Of a stretch of DNA of 64,000 bases, positions 30,138-39,077 are shown piece by piece (within the stretch, counting starts at the first letter, position 1; each line of letters begins with the position of its first letter). The stretch comes from Burkholderiales bacterium (lineage in GTDB: Bacteria; Patescibacteriota; Minisyncoccia; Phycocordibacterales; UBA9973), in NCBI GenBank assembly GCA_023701005.1, contig JAMPXW010000001.1, positions 35,769 to 99,768 on the forward strand. Direction: 5' to 3'. The position numbers and the translations under genes are program-made. The notes below the pieces were generated by a model. That model saw only the letters and a program-made list of their open reading frames with translations, ran no database searches and was not told where the DNA came from.

Positions 30138-30410
30138 ATGAGAGATTATTTTGACAGAGCGCCAGGAATAAATAAGGCAAGAGAGATAGAACAACAATTA
30201 GAACTTTTCAAAAAAGACCCGGAAGAATTTTTTGAAAAATTAAAAAGACACTCTCCTAATGAATTTACTGTTAAAAGTGAAATAAGCAAATTACTAACTG
30301 AAATAAATTTTCCCCTCACAGACAAATCACCTGAGGGGAAAATATATTCTAGCTATGATTCTGAATATTTAAAAAATATATTAAAAAATGAGCTAAAAAA
30401 AGCTGCATAA
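30138..30410 (+). CDS. hypothetical protein
   Basis: 90-aa co-oriented ORF. Confidence 0.5.
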   Translation: MRDYFDRAPGINKAREIEQQLELFKKDPEEFFEKLKRHSPNEFTVKSEISKLLTEINFPLTDKSPEGKIYSSYDSEYLKNILKNELKKAA

Positions 30411-30423
30411 AAAAATTAGGAAA

Positions 30424-30495
30424 TTCTTTTTTTGGCATACGCAATATTAATCTCGTGAGCCATATTCAAGTTCGAGTGCGAGCCATGAAAAAGGA
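30424..30495. repeat. ~72-bp dispersed element, copy 1 (intergenic)
   Basis: Shares ATACGCAATATTA...ATTCAAGTTCGAGTGCGAGCCRTGAAAAAG with 50500-50573. Confidence 0.8.
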
Positions 30496-30553
30496 TTACC
30501 TAATTTTTTTGTACAAATTTGAAAAAAAGCATCTTTTAGTATAAAGTAAAGAA

Positions 30554-31675
30554 ATGCAAATAAAAATAAACAAATTACCAAAAAGTGAGGTTGAAATCGA
30601 AGGAGAATTAAGTGCCGATGTGTTTGAAACGTATTTCAATAAAGCTTTAAAAGCTATAGGTGAGCATGTAGAGATAGACGGTTTTCGTAAAGGCAAAATA
30701 CCTGAAAATGTCTTACTCTCAAAGGTTCCAGAAGCTCAAATACTAGGAGAAATGGCAGAAATGGCTTTGAGTGAACACTATCCAAAAATATTAGAAGATG
30801 AAAAAATAGACGCTATATCACGTCCAGAAATTTCTATTACCAAACTTGCTCGCAACAATCCATTAGAATTCAAAATTAAGACTGCAGTTATGCCAGAAAT
30901 GACTCTCCCAAATTACAAAGATATAGCAAAGAAAGTCCTTTCAGATATAAAAGAAGAAGACAAAAAAGTAGAACCAACAGAAAAAGAAGTTGAAGACACG
31001 ATAATGGATATCAGAAAATCCCGTGCTCCAAAAATCCACATGGCGGCCGCGTCCTCCGAAGCTTTAGCGAAGGAGGAAAAAACTTCCCATGAACATAAAG
31101 AAGGAGAAGCTTGCGATCATGAAGACCATAAAGAAAAAGAAATAAAAGAAGAAGAACTCCCTCCTTTCAATGATGAATTCGTGCAGGCTCTCGGACCCTT
31201 CAAAGATATAACTGATTTTAAAGATAAATTAAAAGAAAATATAAAATTAGAAAAAGAAAATCAATTAAAAGAAAAAGCTAGATTAAAAATCGTTGAAAAA
31301 ATAATTGATGATACGAAAGTTGAACTTCCAGATATCTTAGTAGAAGTAGAATTGGATAAAATTTTATATAGAATGGAATCAGACATAACTCAAATGGGAT
31401 TAAAATTTGAAGATTATCTAAAACATTTGAATAAAACAGTAGAAGAAATAAGGAAAGAATTTAGAAATGATGCAGAAAAGAAAGCTAAGCTCGCTCTTGT
31501 TTTAAACAAGATAGCTGTAAATGAAAAAATAGAAGCTGATAAAGAACAAGTGGCCAAAGAAGTAGCGATGATCTTAGAACATTACAAAGATGCAGATCCT
31601 GAAAGAGCTCAAATGCATGCAGAAAATGTTTTAGTCAACGAAAAAGTTTTCCAATTCTTAGAAGAACAAAAATAA
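30554..31675 (+). CDS. tig: trigger factor, PPIase domain apparently absent
   Basis: DGFRKGKIP ribosome-binding signature; C-terminal SurA-like domain; His-rich linker. Confidence 0.9.
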   Translation: MQIKINKLPKSEVEIEGELSADVFETYFNKALKAIGEHVEIDGFRKGKIPENVLLSKVPEAQILGEMAEMALSEHYPKILEDEKIDAISRPEISITKLARNNPLEFKIKTAVMPEMTLPNYKDIAKKVLSDIKEEDKKVEPTEKEVEDTIMDIRKSRAPKIHMAAASSEALAKEEKTSHEHKEGEACDHEDHKEKEIKEEELPPFNDEFVQALGPFKDITDFKDKLKENIKLEKENQLKEKARLKIVEKIIDDTKVELPDILVEVELDKILYRMESDITQMGLKFEDYLKHLNKTVEEIRKEFRNDAEKKAKLALVLNKIAVNEKIEADKEQVAKEVAMILEHYKDADPERAQMHAENVLVNEKVFQFLEEQK

Positions 31676-31685
31676 ATACACAATC

Positions 31686-32405
31686 AAAAACCTCCCGAGG
31701 ATAACCCTCGGGAGGTTTTTATGTTATGATTACTACATGGAACGAAAAACAAAACTCGAGGTAGAGGAATTCTATCATATATATAATCGTGGTGTAGAAA
31801 AACGAAAAATATTTCAAGTTTATTCTGATTACAAAAGATTCCTGGCTTTACTTTATATCGCAAACAATGACCAACCATTACACATAAAAGATTTCGGTTA
31901 TATGTCCCTCGAAGAAATCTTTAAACAAGATCGTGGGGAACAATTAGTAGCAATAGGAGCATATTGCCTAATGCCGAATCATTTTCATTTATTACTTACT
32001 CCCCTTGTAGATGGAGGGATATCAAAATTTATGTTAAAACTTCAAACCGGGTATTCTATGTATTTTAATAAAAAAAATGATAGAGTTGGTCCATTATTTC
32101 AAGGAACTTTCAAATCAAAACACGCAACCGATGATTTATATTTAAAATATATTTATGCATATATTCACCTCAATCCAGCAAAACTAAAAAATCCAAATTG
32201 GAAAACTCAGTCAAGAAGTTTTTTAACTGAACTTGAAAAATTTGTTGCTGAATATCCATATTCAAGTTTACAAGAATACATTTCTTTAAATTATAAGATA
32301 ATAAATCCAGCACCATTCCCCGTTGAAGGGAAAGACATAATAGATTACGACACTATAATAAACGATTTTTCTGAATTTCCCGAGGATAACCCTCGGGAGA
32401 TTTAA
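31686..32405 (+). mobile_element. REP-associated tyrosine transposase (RAYT-like) locus bounded by two CCCGAGG-ATAAC-CCTCGGG palindromes
   Basis: 15-bp perfect inverted repeat at 31686-31720 and a second copy at 32378-32398. Confidence 0.75.
31737..32405 (+). CDS. Y1/HUH tyrosine transposase (IS200/RAYT family)
   Basis: YHIYNRG, YCLMPNHFHLL (HUH), YIHLNP, YPYSS. Confidence 0.9.
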   Translation: MERKTKLEVEEFYHIYNRGVEKRKIFQVYSDYKRFLALLYIANNDQPLHIKDFGYMSLEEIFKQDRGEQLVAIGAYCLMPNHFHLLLTPLVDGGISKFMLKLQTGYSMYFNKKNDRVGPLFQGTFKSKHATDDLYLKYIYAYIHLNPAKLKNPNWKTQSRSFLTELEKFVAEYPYSSLQEYISLNYKIINPAPFPVEGKDIIDYDTIINDFSEFPEDNPREI

Positions 32406-32410
32406 GTCAT

Positions 32411-32791
32411 TTAAAACAAAGGTAAAATAAAATGATAATAGATCAAGGAAATCAAGAACCAATACAAAGAAAATCGTAAACAAATTAAACCCATGAAATT
32501 AAATTTTTCATGAGAATAATCCCACAGCCTAACTTTTTTTATCTTTAAATCTAGATAACCGGTCAAAAATTCAACCAATGTTGGAACTATAAAAATCAAA
32601 ATTAATCTATAAATTAATGCTATCTCTAAAAAACTAATAATAGCCAAGAATGTTCCTATTAAGGCATACATCTGAGCATCAATTAATTTAGGTTTTATTA
32701 ATTTTTTATGTTCGATAGATCTATAAACAAACTCCAAAATAAAACCGACAAATAAACCAATAAAAAAATTCAAAACAATTTGTAAAAACAT
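32411..32791 (-). CDS. putative ABC-permease-like (CmpB/DUF1113-type) membrane protein
   Basis: GFILE, EFLTG, LWDYS..KFNFMGLICL. Confidence 0.7.
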   Translation of the reverse strand: MFLQIVLNFFIGLFVGFILEFVYRSIEHKKLIKPKLIDAQMYALIGTFLAIISFLEIALIYRLILIFIVPTLVEFLTGYLDLKIKKVRLWDYSHEKFNFMGLICLRFSLYWFLISLIYYHFILPLF

Positions 32792-32793
32792 AT

Positions 32794-33018
32794 TTATATA
32801 TCTTTAATTAATTTATCTATTTTTAATGATCTAAATATTTTTTTGTTTAAAGCCATCCTCAAAAAAGACAATGTTTTTTCTTTTCCTACTAGCCAAACAA
32901 AACCCAAAGCTACCAATAAAGTACTCCCCGGAATTGGGAAAATATAAGAAATTAATCCTAATATTATTAAAAATATTCCTATCAATTTGTGAAAAATTTC
33001 TAATTCTAATTTTTTCAT
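32794..33018 (-). CDS. small membrane protein (PGPGW-like)
   Basis: Two TM segments with PIPG turn. Confidence 0.55.
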   Translation of the reverse strand: MKKLELEIFHKLIGIFLIILGLISYIFPIPGSTLLVALGFVWLVGKEKTLSFLRMALNKKIFRSLKIDKLIKDI

Positions 33019-33096
33019 AAGAACTTAATTTTATTATAAACTAAATATAAAAAAATAAACACTTGAAAATTAAGTCTAAAAGAATATAATAACCTT

Positions 33097-33693
33097 ATGT
33101 TAATACCAACAGTTATTGAAAAATCACAATTTGGCGAAAGAGCTTATGATATTTATTCACGTCTTTTGAGAGAAAGAATAGTATTTTTAGCTGGGCCGAT
33201 AGACGATAATGTAGCAAATATTGTCATTGCTCAACTTTTATTCCTTGAATCCGAAGATTCTAAAAAAGATATTTCACTTTATGTAAATTCCCCTGGAGGT
33301 TCTGTCACTTCCACTCTAGCCATAGTAGACACGATGAATCATGTCCGTCCTGATATTTCTACTTTTTGTGTAGGAATGGCAGCTTCTGGTGCAGCTATCA
33401 TTTTGTCAGCTGGTAAAAAAGGCAAAAGATTTATATTACCAAATGCAGAAGTCATGATACATCAACCATTGGGAGGAGTAGAAGGACAAGCGACAGACAT
33501 AGCCATCACTGCAAAGCATATATTGAAGACTAGAGATAATTTAAATAAAATTTTAGCTAAAAATACAGGCAAGCCACTAACTCAGATAGAAAAAGATGTA
33601 GAAAGAGATTTCTTTATGGATGCAGATGAAGCTAAAAAATATGGAATTATAGACGAGATAGTCACTAAATCCAAAACTCCTGCTATAAAATAA
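33097..33693 (+). CDS. clpP: ATP-dependent Clp protease proteolytic subunit
   Basis: [28 protein letters not shown]. Confidence 0.97.
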   Translation: MLIPTVIEKSQFGERAYDIYSRLLRERIVFLAGPIDDNVANIVIAQLLFLESEDSKKDISLYVNSPGGSVTSTLAIVDTMNHVRPDISTFCVGMAASGAAIILSAGKKGKRFILPNAEVMIHQPLGGVEGQATDIAITAKHILKTRDNLNKILAKNTGKPLTQIEKDVERDFFMDADEAKKYGIIDEIVTKSKTPAIK

Positions 33694-33781
33694 TTAACCT
33701 AAAATAAAAAATAAATACCTACCAATCATAAAGACTGGCAGGTATTGGTCACCAATGTATGGGGAGGATACATTGGCAAAA

Positions 33782-33976
33782 TTATGTATGCCCGTTACCA
33801 TAACGAGCTCGTGTTCCTGATTTTCCACCAGGACTAGGAAAATGTCCCATTTTAAAACTTTTAGTAGTGGGAGCAGACAAAAGATCTTCCCTCGGATCAA
33901 AAAAATTTGATCCATATCTTTTTTTTAAATTAGTAACTTTTTTCTTCTTGGTTACTTCAACTTTTTTCTCCGCCAT
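33782..33976 (-). CDS. small basic hypothetical protein
   Basis: SD-like GAAGGGG before MAEKK; hairpin near 33717-33745 downstream. Confidence 0.45.
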   Translation of the reverse strand: MAEKKVEVTKKKKVTNLKKRYGSNFFDPREDLLSAPTTKSFKMGHFPSPGGKSGTRARYGNGHT

Positions 33977-34105
33977 TTGAAACCCCTTCAATAAATGGAT
34001 AAAATATTTTAGTTCTATAAAAGAACTGACCTGTTTGTATTATCGCACAAATTTAAAAAAAATGCAAATCATGGACAATGTGGTCTTTATTTGTTATATT
34101 AAATA

Positions 34106-34270
34106 TGTTGAATTTTAAAAATTTATTTCACTTGGTTTATAAGAATATTCCATATATGTTGTTGCAAGATAAAACTTTAAAGACGAAATTTACAAAATTA
34201 AGCGAACAAATTCGTATTTTTTGTGTAGAAGCGAAACTACAAATATAGTGGCTTGTTTTTATAAGTCAAA
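34106..34270 (+). ncRNA. candidate 6S-like rod-shaped RNA or structured rny leader
   Basis: Promoter TGGACA..TGTTATATT; long-range complementarity 34132-34166 with 34231-34269 plus an inner ACGAAATTT/AAATTCGT stem. Confidence 0.35.
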
Positions 34271-34279
34271 ACAAGACTT

Positions 34280-35809
34280 ATGAGCACATTAATAATAATT
34301 CTGATAGGAGTAGGCGTACTCCTTTTGGGAGTTGGAATCGGATACTATCTCCGAGTTATCGTCGCATTAGGAAAGAGGAAATCTATAGAAATAGATATCA
34401 AACAAATGTTGGTCGGTGCTAAAGAAGAAGCACAAAAGATCACAGATGAAGCTAAAAACAAAGTCGAAAAGAGATTAGCTGAATTAAAAGAAGAAGAAAA
34501 AAGACACGAAATAGAATTTAAAGAAACAGAAAAAAGACTTATCAAAAAAGATGAGTTTTTAGATGCAAGACAAGTAGAGATAAACAAAGAAGCTGAAAAC
34601 ATCAAAGTAAAAGTAGAAGAAGTCAAAAAAGTACAAGAAAGGGTCTTGGGGCTAGAAGCAGAAAAAAGAACTGAATTAGAAAGAGTTTCTAAATTAACCA
34701 TAGAAGAAGCAAAAGAAGAGTTGATGAGAGAAATTGAAAAGAAATATGAAGAAGACATATTAATCAGAATCCAAAAACTAGAAAATAACAACGAAGAAAA
34801 ATTAGACAAGAGGGCAAAAGAAATTTTGGCTACTTCTATTCAACGTTTAGCTTCAAGTACTGCTTCTGAACTCATGACGACGACGGTCAGCATCCCAAAT
34901 AATGAGATAAAAGGTAAAGTTATCGGTAAAGAAGGCCGAAATATAAGGGCTTTTGAAAGAGCAGCTGGTGTAGAGCTCATAGTCGATGACACACCTGGTT
35001 CTATAATAATATCTTCATTCGACCCTATCAGAAGACAAGTTGCTCGCCTAGCATTAGAGAATCTAATATTAGATGGCCGTATTCAACCAGCAAAGATAGA
35101 AGAATTAGTAGAAAAGGCTAAAGAAGAAATAAACAAAATAATTAAAGAAAAAGGAGAACAAGCTGTCTATGAATGTGGTATCTTCAATTTTGATCCACGA
35201 ATAGTAGCTATCATCGGAAGATTATATTTCCGTACAAGTTATGGACAAAATGTTCTTCAACATTCCATAGAGATGGCTCATATAGCAGGAATGATCGCTG
35301 AGGAATTAGGAGCAGATGTCGCAATAGCAAAAGCTGGAGCACTCGTACATGACATAGGTAAGGCACTCGATCATGAAGTACAAGGCACACACATAGAAAT
35401 AGGTATGAGAATATTGCAGAAATTTGGAGCAGACGAACGCATAATTACTGCAATGAAATCCCACCACGAAGATCATCCTTATGAAACGATAGAAGCTGTG
35501 ATAGTTCAGACAGCCGATGCTATCTCAGGAGGCAGACCAGGAGCTAGACGAGATTCTGTAGAAAATTATCTAAAGAGATTACAAGAGCTCGAAGCACTCG
35601 TAAATGCTTTCCCCGGCATAGAAAAATCCTATGCATTACAAGCAGGACGTGAAATACGCATATTTGTCACACCAGATAAAGTTTCTGATGCTGAAGCTAA
35701 GTTAATGGCGCATGATATAGCTGTAAAAATAGAACAAGAATTAAAATACCCTGGAGAAATCAAGGTTACGATGATCAGAGAGACAAGAATCATCGAATAT
35801 GCTAGATAA
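34280..35809 (+). CDS. rny: ribonuclease Y
   Basis: N-terminal TM, coiled coil, KH (IGKEGRNI), HD (VHDIGK). Confidence 0.97.
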   Translation: MSTLIIILIGVGVLLLGVGIGYYLRVIVALGKRKSIEIDIKQMLVGAKEEAQKITDEAKNKVEKRLAELKEEEKRHEIEFKETEKRLIKKDEFLDARQVEINKEAENIKVKVEEVKKVQERVLGLEAEKRTELERVSKLTIEEAKEELMREIEKKYEEDILIRIQKLENNNEEKLDKRAKEILATSIQRLASSTASELMTTTVSIPNNEIKGKVIGKEGRNIRAFERAAGVELIVDDTPGSIIISSFDPIRRQVARLALENLILDGRIQPAKIEELVEKAKEEINKIIKEKGEQAVYECGIFNFDPRIVAIIGRLYFRTSYGQNVLQHSIEMAHIAGMIAEELGADVAIAKAGALVHDIGKALDHEVQGTHIEIGMRILQKFGADERIITAMKSHHEDHPYETIEAVIVQTADAISGGRPGARRDSVENYLKRLQELEALVNAFPGIEKSYALQAGREIRIFVTPDKVSDAEAKLMAHDIAVKIEQELKYPGEIKVTMIRETRIIEYAR

Positions 35810-35910
35810 ATCTTCTGCTATTGCCTAAAAAAACCCTTGATATATAATGTATAGGTAGTAATTATATAAGTAATTGGTCGAAAGAATTATAAAAATAACC
35901 TTACAAAACT

Positions 35911-36183
35911 ATGAACAAACAAGCATTAGCTGAATTGGTACACGGTAAACTTGGTGGTACAAAAGTACAAGCTGAGGAAATCGTAGATTCATTGTTTGAT
36001 GCTATCGTTGGAACCTTAAAAAAGGGAGGCGAAGTATCAATTGCTGGTTTCGGAATCTTTTCCGTAAAAGGACGTGCTGCAAGAATGGCTCGCAATCCAA
36101 AAACTGGAGAACAAGTCAAAGTTGCTGCAAAGAAAGTTCCAAAATTCAGAGCTGCAAAAGCTTTGAAGGATGCAGTCGAATAA
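35911..36183 (+). CDS. hup: DNA-binding protein HU
   Basis: GFGIF, RMARNPKTGE, VPKFRA. Confidence 0.95.
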   Translation: MNKQALAELVHGKLGGTKVQAEEIVDSLFDAIVGTLKKGGEVSIAGFGIFSVKGRAARMARNPKTGEQVKVAAKKVPKFRAAKALKDAVE

Positions 36184-36255
36184 TTCTTTTCTACTGTAAT
36201 ACGTAGAAAGGTCGCGCGACCTACCTGCCGGTAGGCAGGAAAGAATTAGCTCTTT

Positions 36256-36281
36256 AAAACACCCTCGCAAGAGGGTGTTTT
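36256..36281. terminator. bidirectional terminator
   Basis: AAAACACCCTC-GCAA-GAGGGTGTTTT. Confidence 0.8.
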
Positions 36282-36285
36282 TGTT

Positions 36286-36939
36286 TTAGATATTATTTTT
36301 AGGAAAACCTACATAAGCTTTTATATATTTTGTACCATTTATAGTAAGAGCGATAGAACGCATACAACCATCATCAATATCATATTTGGTTTGTTTTTTT
36401 AATCTTTTTCTGCCTCTTGTCCCAGTTCCACCCAAAAACATTATAGGAAACAAATATTTCTCATCTTGTAATTCACTAACATTGGTTTTCAACATATTTA
36501 ATATTGTATACTTTGATCTAACATCACCAAAATCCTTCAAACCATCCATCATTGCCTCTTTAAACTTCTCTGCCGTCTCCAAAAGAGAACCATTTGTCCA
36601 CAATAGTGGTAATTCACCAGCACGTCTCCAAACTCCAACTTCTTTAGGATCTACCTCCATTAAATACCAATCACTATTATCATAAGCAATTAATCTTTTT
36701 TTCCATTCTTTTTTAATTATCTTATCAAGTTCTTTTTCTTGCATGAGAAGAACCTTTCTTTTTATCTCAACTAACTTTTTATGAAAATCTTCCAAAGAAA
36801 TTTGTTTCAAAAAACCTTTTCTAAACAAAAAATTCAAAAAACTAGAAAAAGGTCCATCAATTCTTTGTTTTCTTACTAAATTAGATATAACAAATGTCCT
36901 TTTCACCTCAAGAACATTTATTTCATTCAATGAATCCAT
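36286..36939 (-). CDS. hypothetical protein downstream of lexA
   Basis: 217-aa ORF; DIDDGCMRSIA loosely resembles the ParB/Srx DG.HR motif. Confidence 0.5.
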   Translation of the reverse strand: MDSLNEINVLEVKRTFVISNLVRKQRIDGPFSSFLNFLFRKGFLKQISLEDFHKKLVEIKRKVLLMQEKELDKIIKKEWKKRLIAYDNSDWYLMEVDPKEVGVWRRAGELPLLWTNGSLLETAEKFKEAMMDGLKDFGDVRSKYTILNMLKTNVSELQDEKYLFPIMFLGGTGTRGRKRLKKQTKYDIDDGCMRSIALTINGTKYIKAYVGFPKNNI

Positions 36940-36960
36940 TATAAAATTCTAACATAGATC

Positions 36961-37530
36961 TTAATATTTTCTTATTACTGCCTTTACGACAGCATTAATA
37001 TTCAAAGAATGTTCAGGATAAATATTGTTATATTTTTTATTAGCTGGCTGTAGCCACACCTTATTCCCTTCTTTTCTAAAATACTTCATTGTAAATTCTC
37101 CATCAACTTCTGCTATCACTATCTGCATATCTTTAGCTGTATTCGTTTTTTCCACCAAAACCATATCACCTTTTTCTATGTGTGCATCTATCATAGAGTC
37201 TCCATCAACTTCAAGCATGTAAGTCGATGCTTTATTTTTTACAAGTAAATCGTCTAAGTTTACAGAATCCGCCAACTCTTCTTCGACTGTTGCAGGCAAG
37301 CCTGCAGTCACAAAACCAAGCATCGGAATTTCTCCAAAAGATTGAGAAGGGATTAATCTCCCTAAATGATCTTTAGCTACCAATCCTTCATCGATAAGTT
37401 TGTTAACAATTTTAAAAACTGCATTCTTGGATTTAAAACTAAAAATATCCATCATCTCCCTGTATGTTGGCATTCTTTTGTTTTTGGAATAAAAATCTTC
37501 TATTTTTGTCTGGTAAATATTTTTAGCCAT
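36961..37530 (-). CDS. lexA: LexA-family SOS repressor
   Basis: PTYRE wHTH, VTAGLP cleavage site, GDSM Ser, TMKY Lys. Confidence 0.9.
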   Translation of the reverse strand: MAKNIYQTKIEDFYSKNKRMPTYREMMDIFSFKSKNAVFKIVNKLIDEGLVAKDHLGRLIPSQSFGEIPMLGFVTAGLPATVEEELADSVNLDDLLVKNKASTYMLEVDGDSMIDAHIEKGDMVLVEKTNTAKDMQIVIAEVDGEFTMKYFRKEGNKVWLQPANKKYNNIYPEHSLNINAVVKAVIRKY

Positions 37531-37533
37531 AAA

Positions 37534-37743
37534 TTAGAAAAAGGAAGCGATTCTAAAACTAGGAGAAGAAAGGAGTCTCTTGAAAAAAGATTGTCTATTG
37601 TAAAAACGGACTTTCTTCAAAAGAAGTTTGTGGTCATGAGCTTCTTTTTTATATTCTTCCCCCCTTAATATCTTGAAATCAATTATTCTATTGATTCTCG
37701 CTATCTCCTTCTCTATTGTTTTTAAATATTGTTTTTGTGACAT
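37534..37743 (-). CDS. small basic protein, first gene of the lexA operon
   Basis: 69-aa ORF 3 nt upstream of lexA, behind the LexA-boxed promoter. Confidence 0.55.
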   Translation of the reverse strand: MSQKQYLKTIEKEIARINRIIDFKILRGEEYKKEAHDHKLLLKKVRFYNRQSFFKRLLSSPSFRIASFF

Positions 37744-37812
37744 ACGCTTATTCCCTGCAAACTTTATGCAAAGCAGGATTTATTAAATTATTACTAAATG
37801 ACCTATGTGTAT

Positions 37813-37841
37813 AGTATAGGTGAACGAGCGTTCACTGTCAA
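37813..37841 (-). promoter_or_regulatory. sigma70 promoter with LexA operator (GAAC-N4-GTTC) in the spacer
   Basis: Minus strand TTGACA-GTGAACGCTCGTTCACC-TATACT (17-bp spacer). Confidence 0.8.
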
Positions 37842-37849
37842 ATACTTCC

Positions 37850-37878
37850 CTGTGGATAACCAGACAAGGGCGGCCCTT
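37850..37878. repeat. DnaA-box + AAGGGCSGCCCTT composite repeat, copy 1
   Basis: CTGTGGATAACCAGACAAGGGCGGCCCTT. Confidence 0.7.
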
Positions 37879-38076
37879 TTGAAAAGGAACGACCTTTGCT
37901 AAACAAAAACCCTTATAAATTAAAGCTTAAATACTTGACTTTTTAGCTTAACTATGCTATACTTTTATTGTAGTTCTTTATAAAAATTTCACCCTTTTGA
38001 ATGACGCCATAGGCGGATTGAGTCCTAAATATCACAAAAAGTGATTAGGAAAAACAAAAATCAGAAGGAGCATGAA

Positions 38077-38391
38077 ATGGAAAACTCTTATTTTAATTTA
38101 GTAATTTTAGTTTTTTTAATTACCGCAAAAATTCTTTTATCATTCCAGGTGATAAAAGAATTGAAATGGTTCGCAAAGATAAATAAAAAAACCCTAAAAA
38201 GATCGCTTGAACTTGTTATTAACAAAGTTCATCCGATATTACTTGCGGTGATGGGGTTAAATTTATCTTATATAATTCCTGGGACAAGATTGATAACTAT
38301 CTTTGTTTTTATGGGTTTATCTATCTTGTTATTTGTCGGAATATTTTTAACGATGTTAGGAGTATTCTACAAATGGATACAAAATAATTAA
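38077..38391 (+). CDS. membrane protein, SD-led orphan
   Basis: AAGGAG SD, about 3 TM segments, own promoter and terminator. Confidence 0.6.
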   Translation: MENSYFNLVILVFLITAKILLSFQVIKELKWFAKINKKTLKRSLELVINKVHPILLAVMGLNLSYIIPGTRLITIFVFMGLSILLFVGIFLTMLGVFYKWIQNN

Positions 38392-38543
38392 GCCACCGGA
38401 AGAGCCATCTTCCAAGGTGGCTTTTTCTTTTTTATTTATTAATTAGAGAGAGCCAATATCTATTTACAAACTTATAAAAAGGTCTAATATCAAAGAGAAG
38501 GCTATTTTGACAAAAATTCATAAACAATCTCATAGGAGAAACT

Positions 38544-38990
38544 ATGAAAAAACAAACTCTCATATTGTTATTTATTTGCCTTACTCTAACTATCAACGCC
38601 CAAATGGTAACTGACCAAAAAGTACCAGTTTTAAAAACCGCTCAAGAAACTTCATCTATAATTAATTCCCTCTTCTCAAATATACAAAAAGAAAAAGGTA
38701 TTAATGTAGACGTAAACAGCAGAATGGTCGGTGATATTTCAGTAGACAATGTAATCCTCGACGGAATAGTAGTAGCGACAATCCTTTCCGATAAAGGATT
38801 AAAAGCAAAAAAAGAATTATCTACATTCTCAGAATTTGTTCAATTGATCAAAGAATTAAAAGAAGTCGGGAATTTCCAATATCCCAAAATCGTAAATATC
38901 TTTGTATTAAAAGACATCAGAGATGACTATGTAATTCTTGCGATTAGGGAAGGCACCGAAATTCCTTCTTTTGTAAGAAAATTATTGTAA
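38544..38990 (+). CDS. secreted hypothetical protein
   Basis: AGGAG SD; signal peptide ...TINA|Q; terminator near 38990-39030. Confidence 0.65.
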   Translation: MKKQTLILLFICLTLTINAQMVTDQKVPVLKTAQETSSIINSLFSNIQKEKGINVDVNSRMVGDISVDNVILDGIVVATILSDKGLKAKKELSTFSEFVQLIKELKEVGNFQYPKIVNIFVLKDIRDDYVILAIREGTEIPSFVRKLL

Positions 38991-39077
38991 GCGCATTTGT
39001 AAAAGCACATTTTACAAATGCGCTTTTACATTTTTATGCATTTACCTTCGGCTCTTCAAAATATTCAGAGCCAAAAA

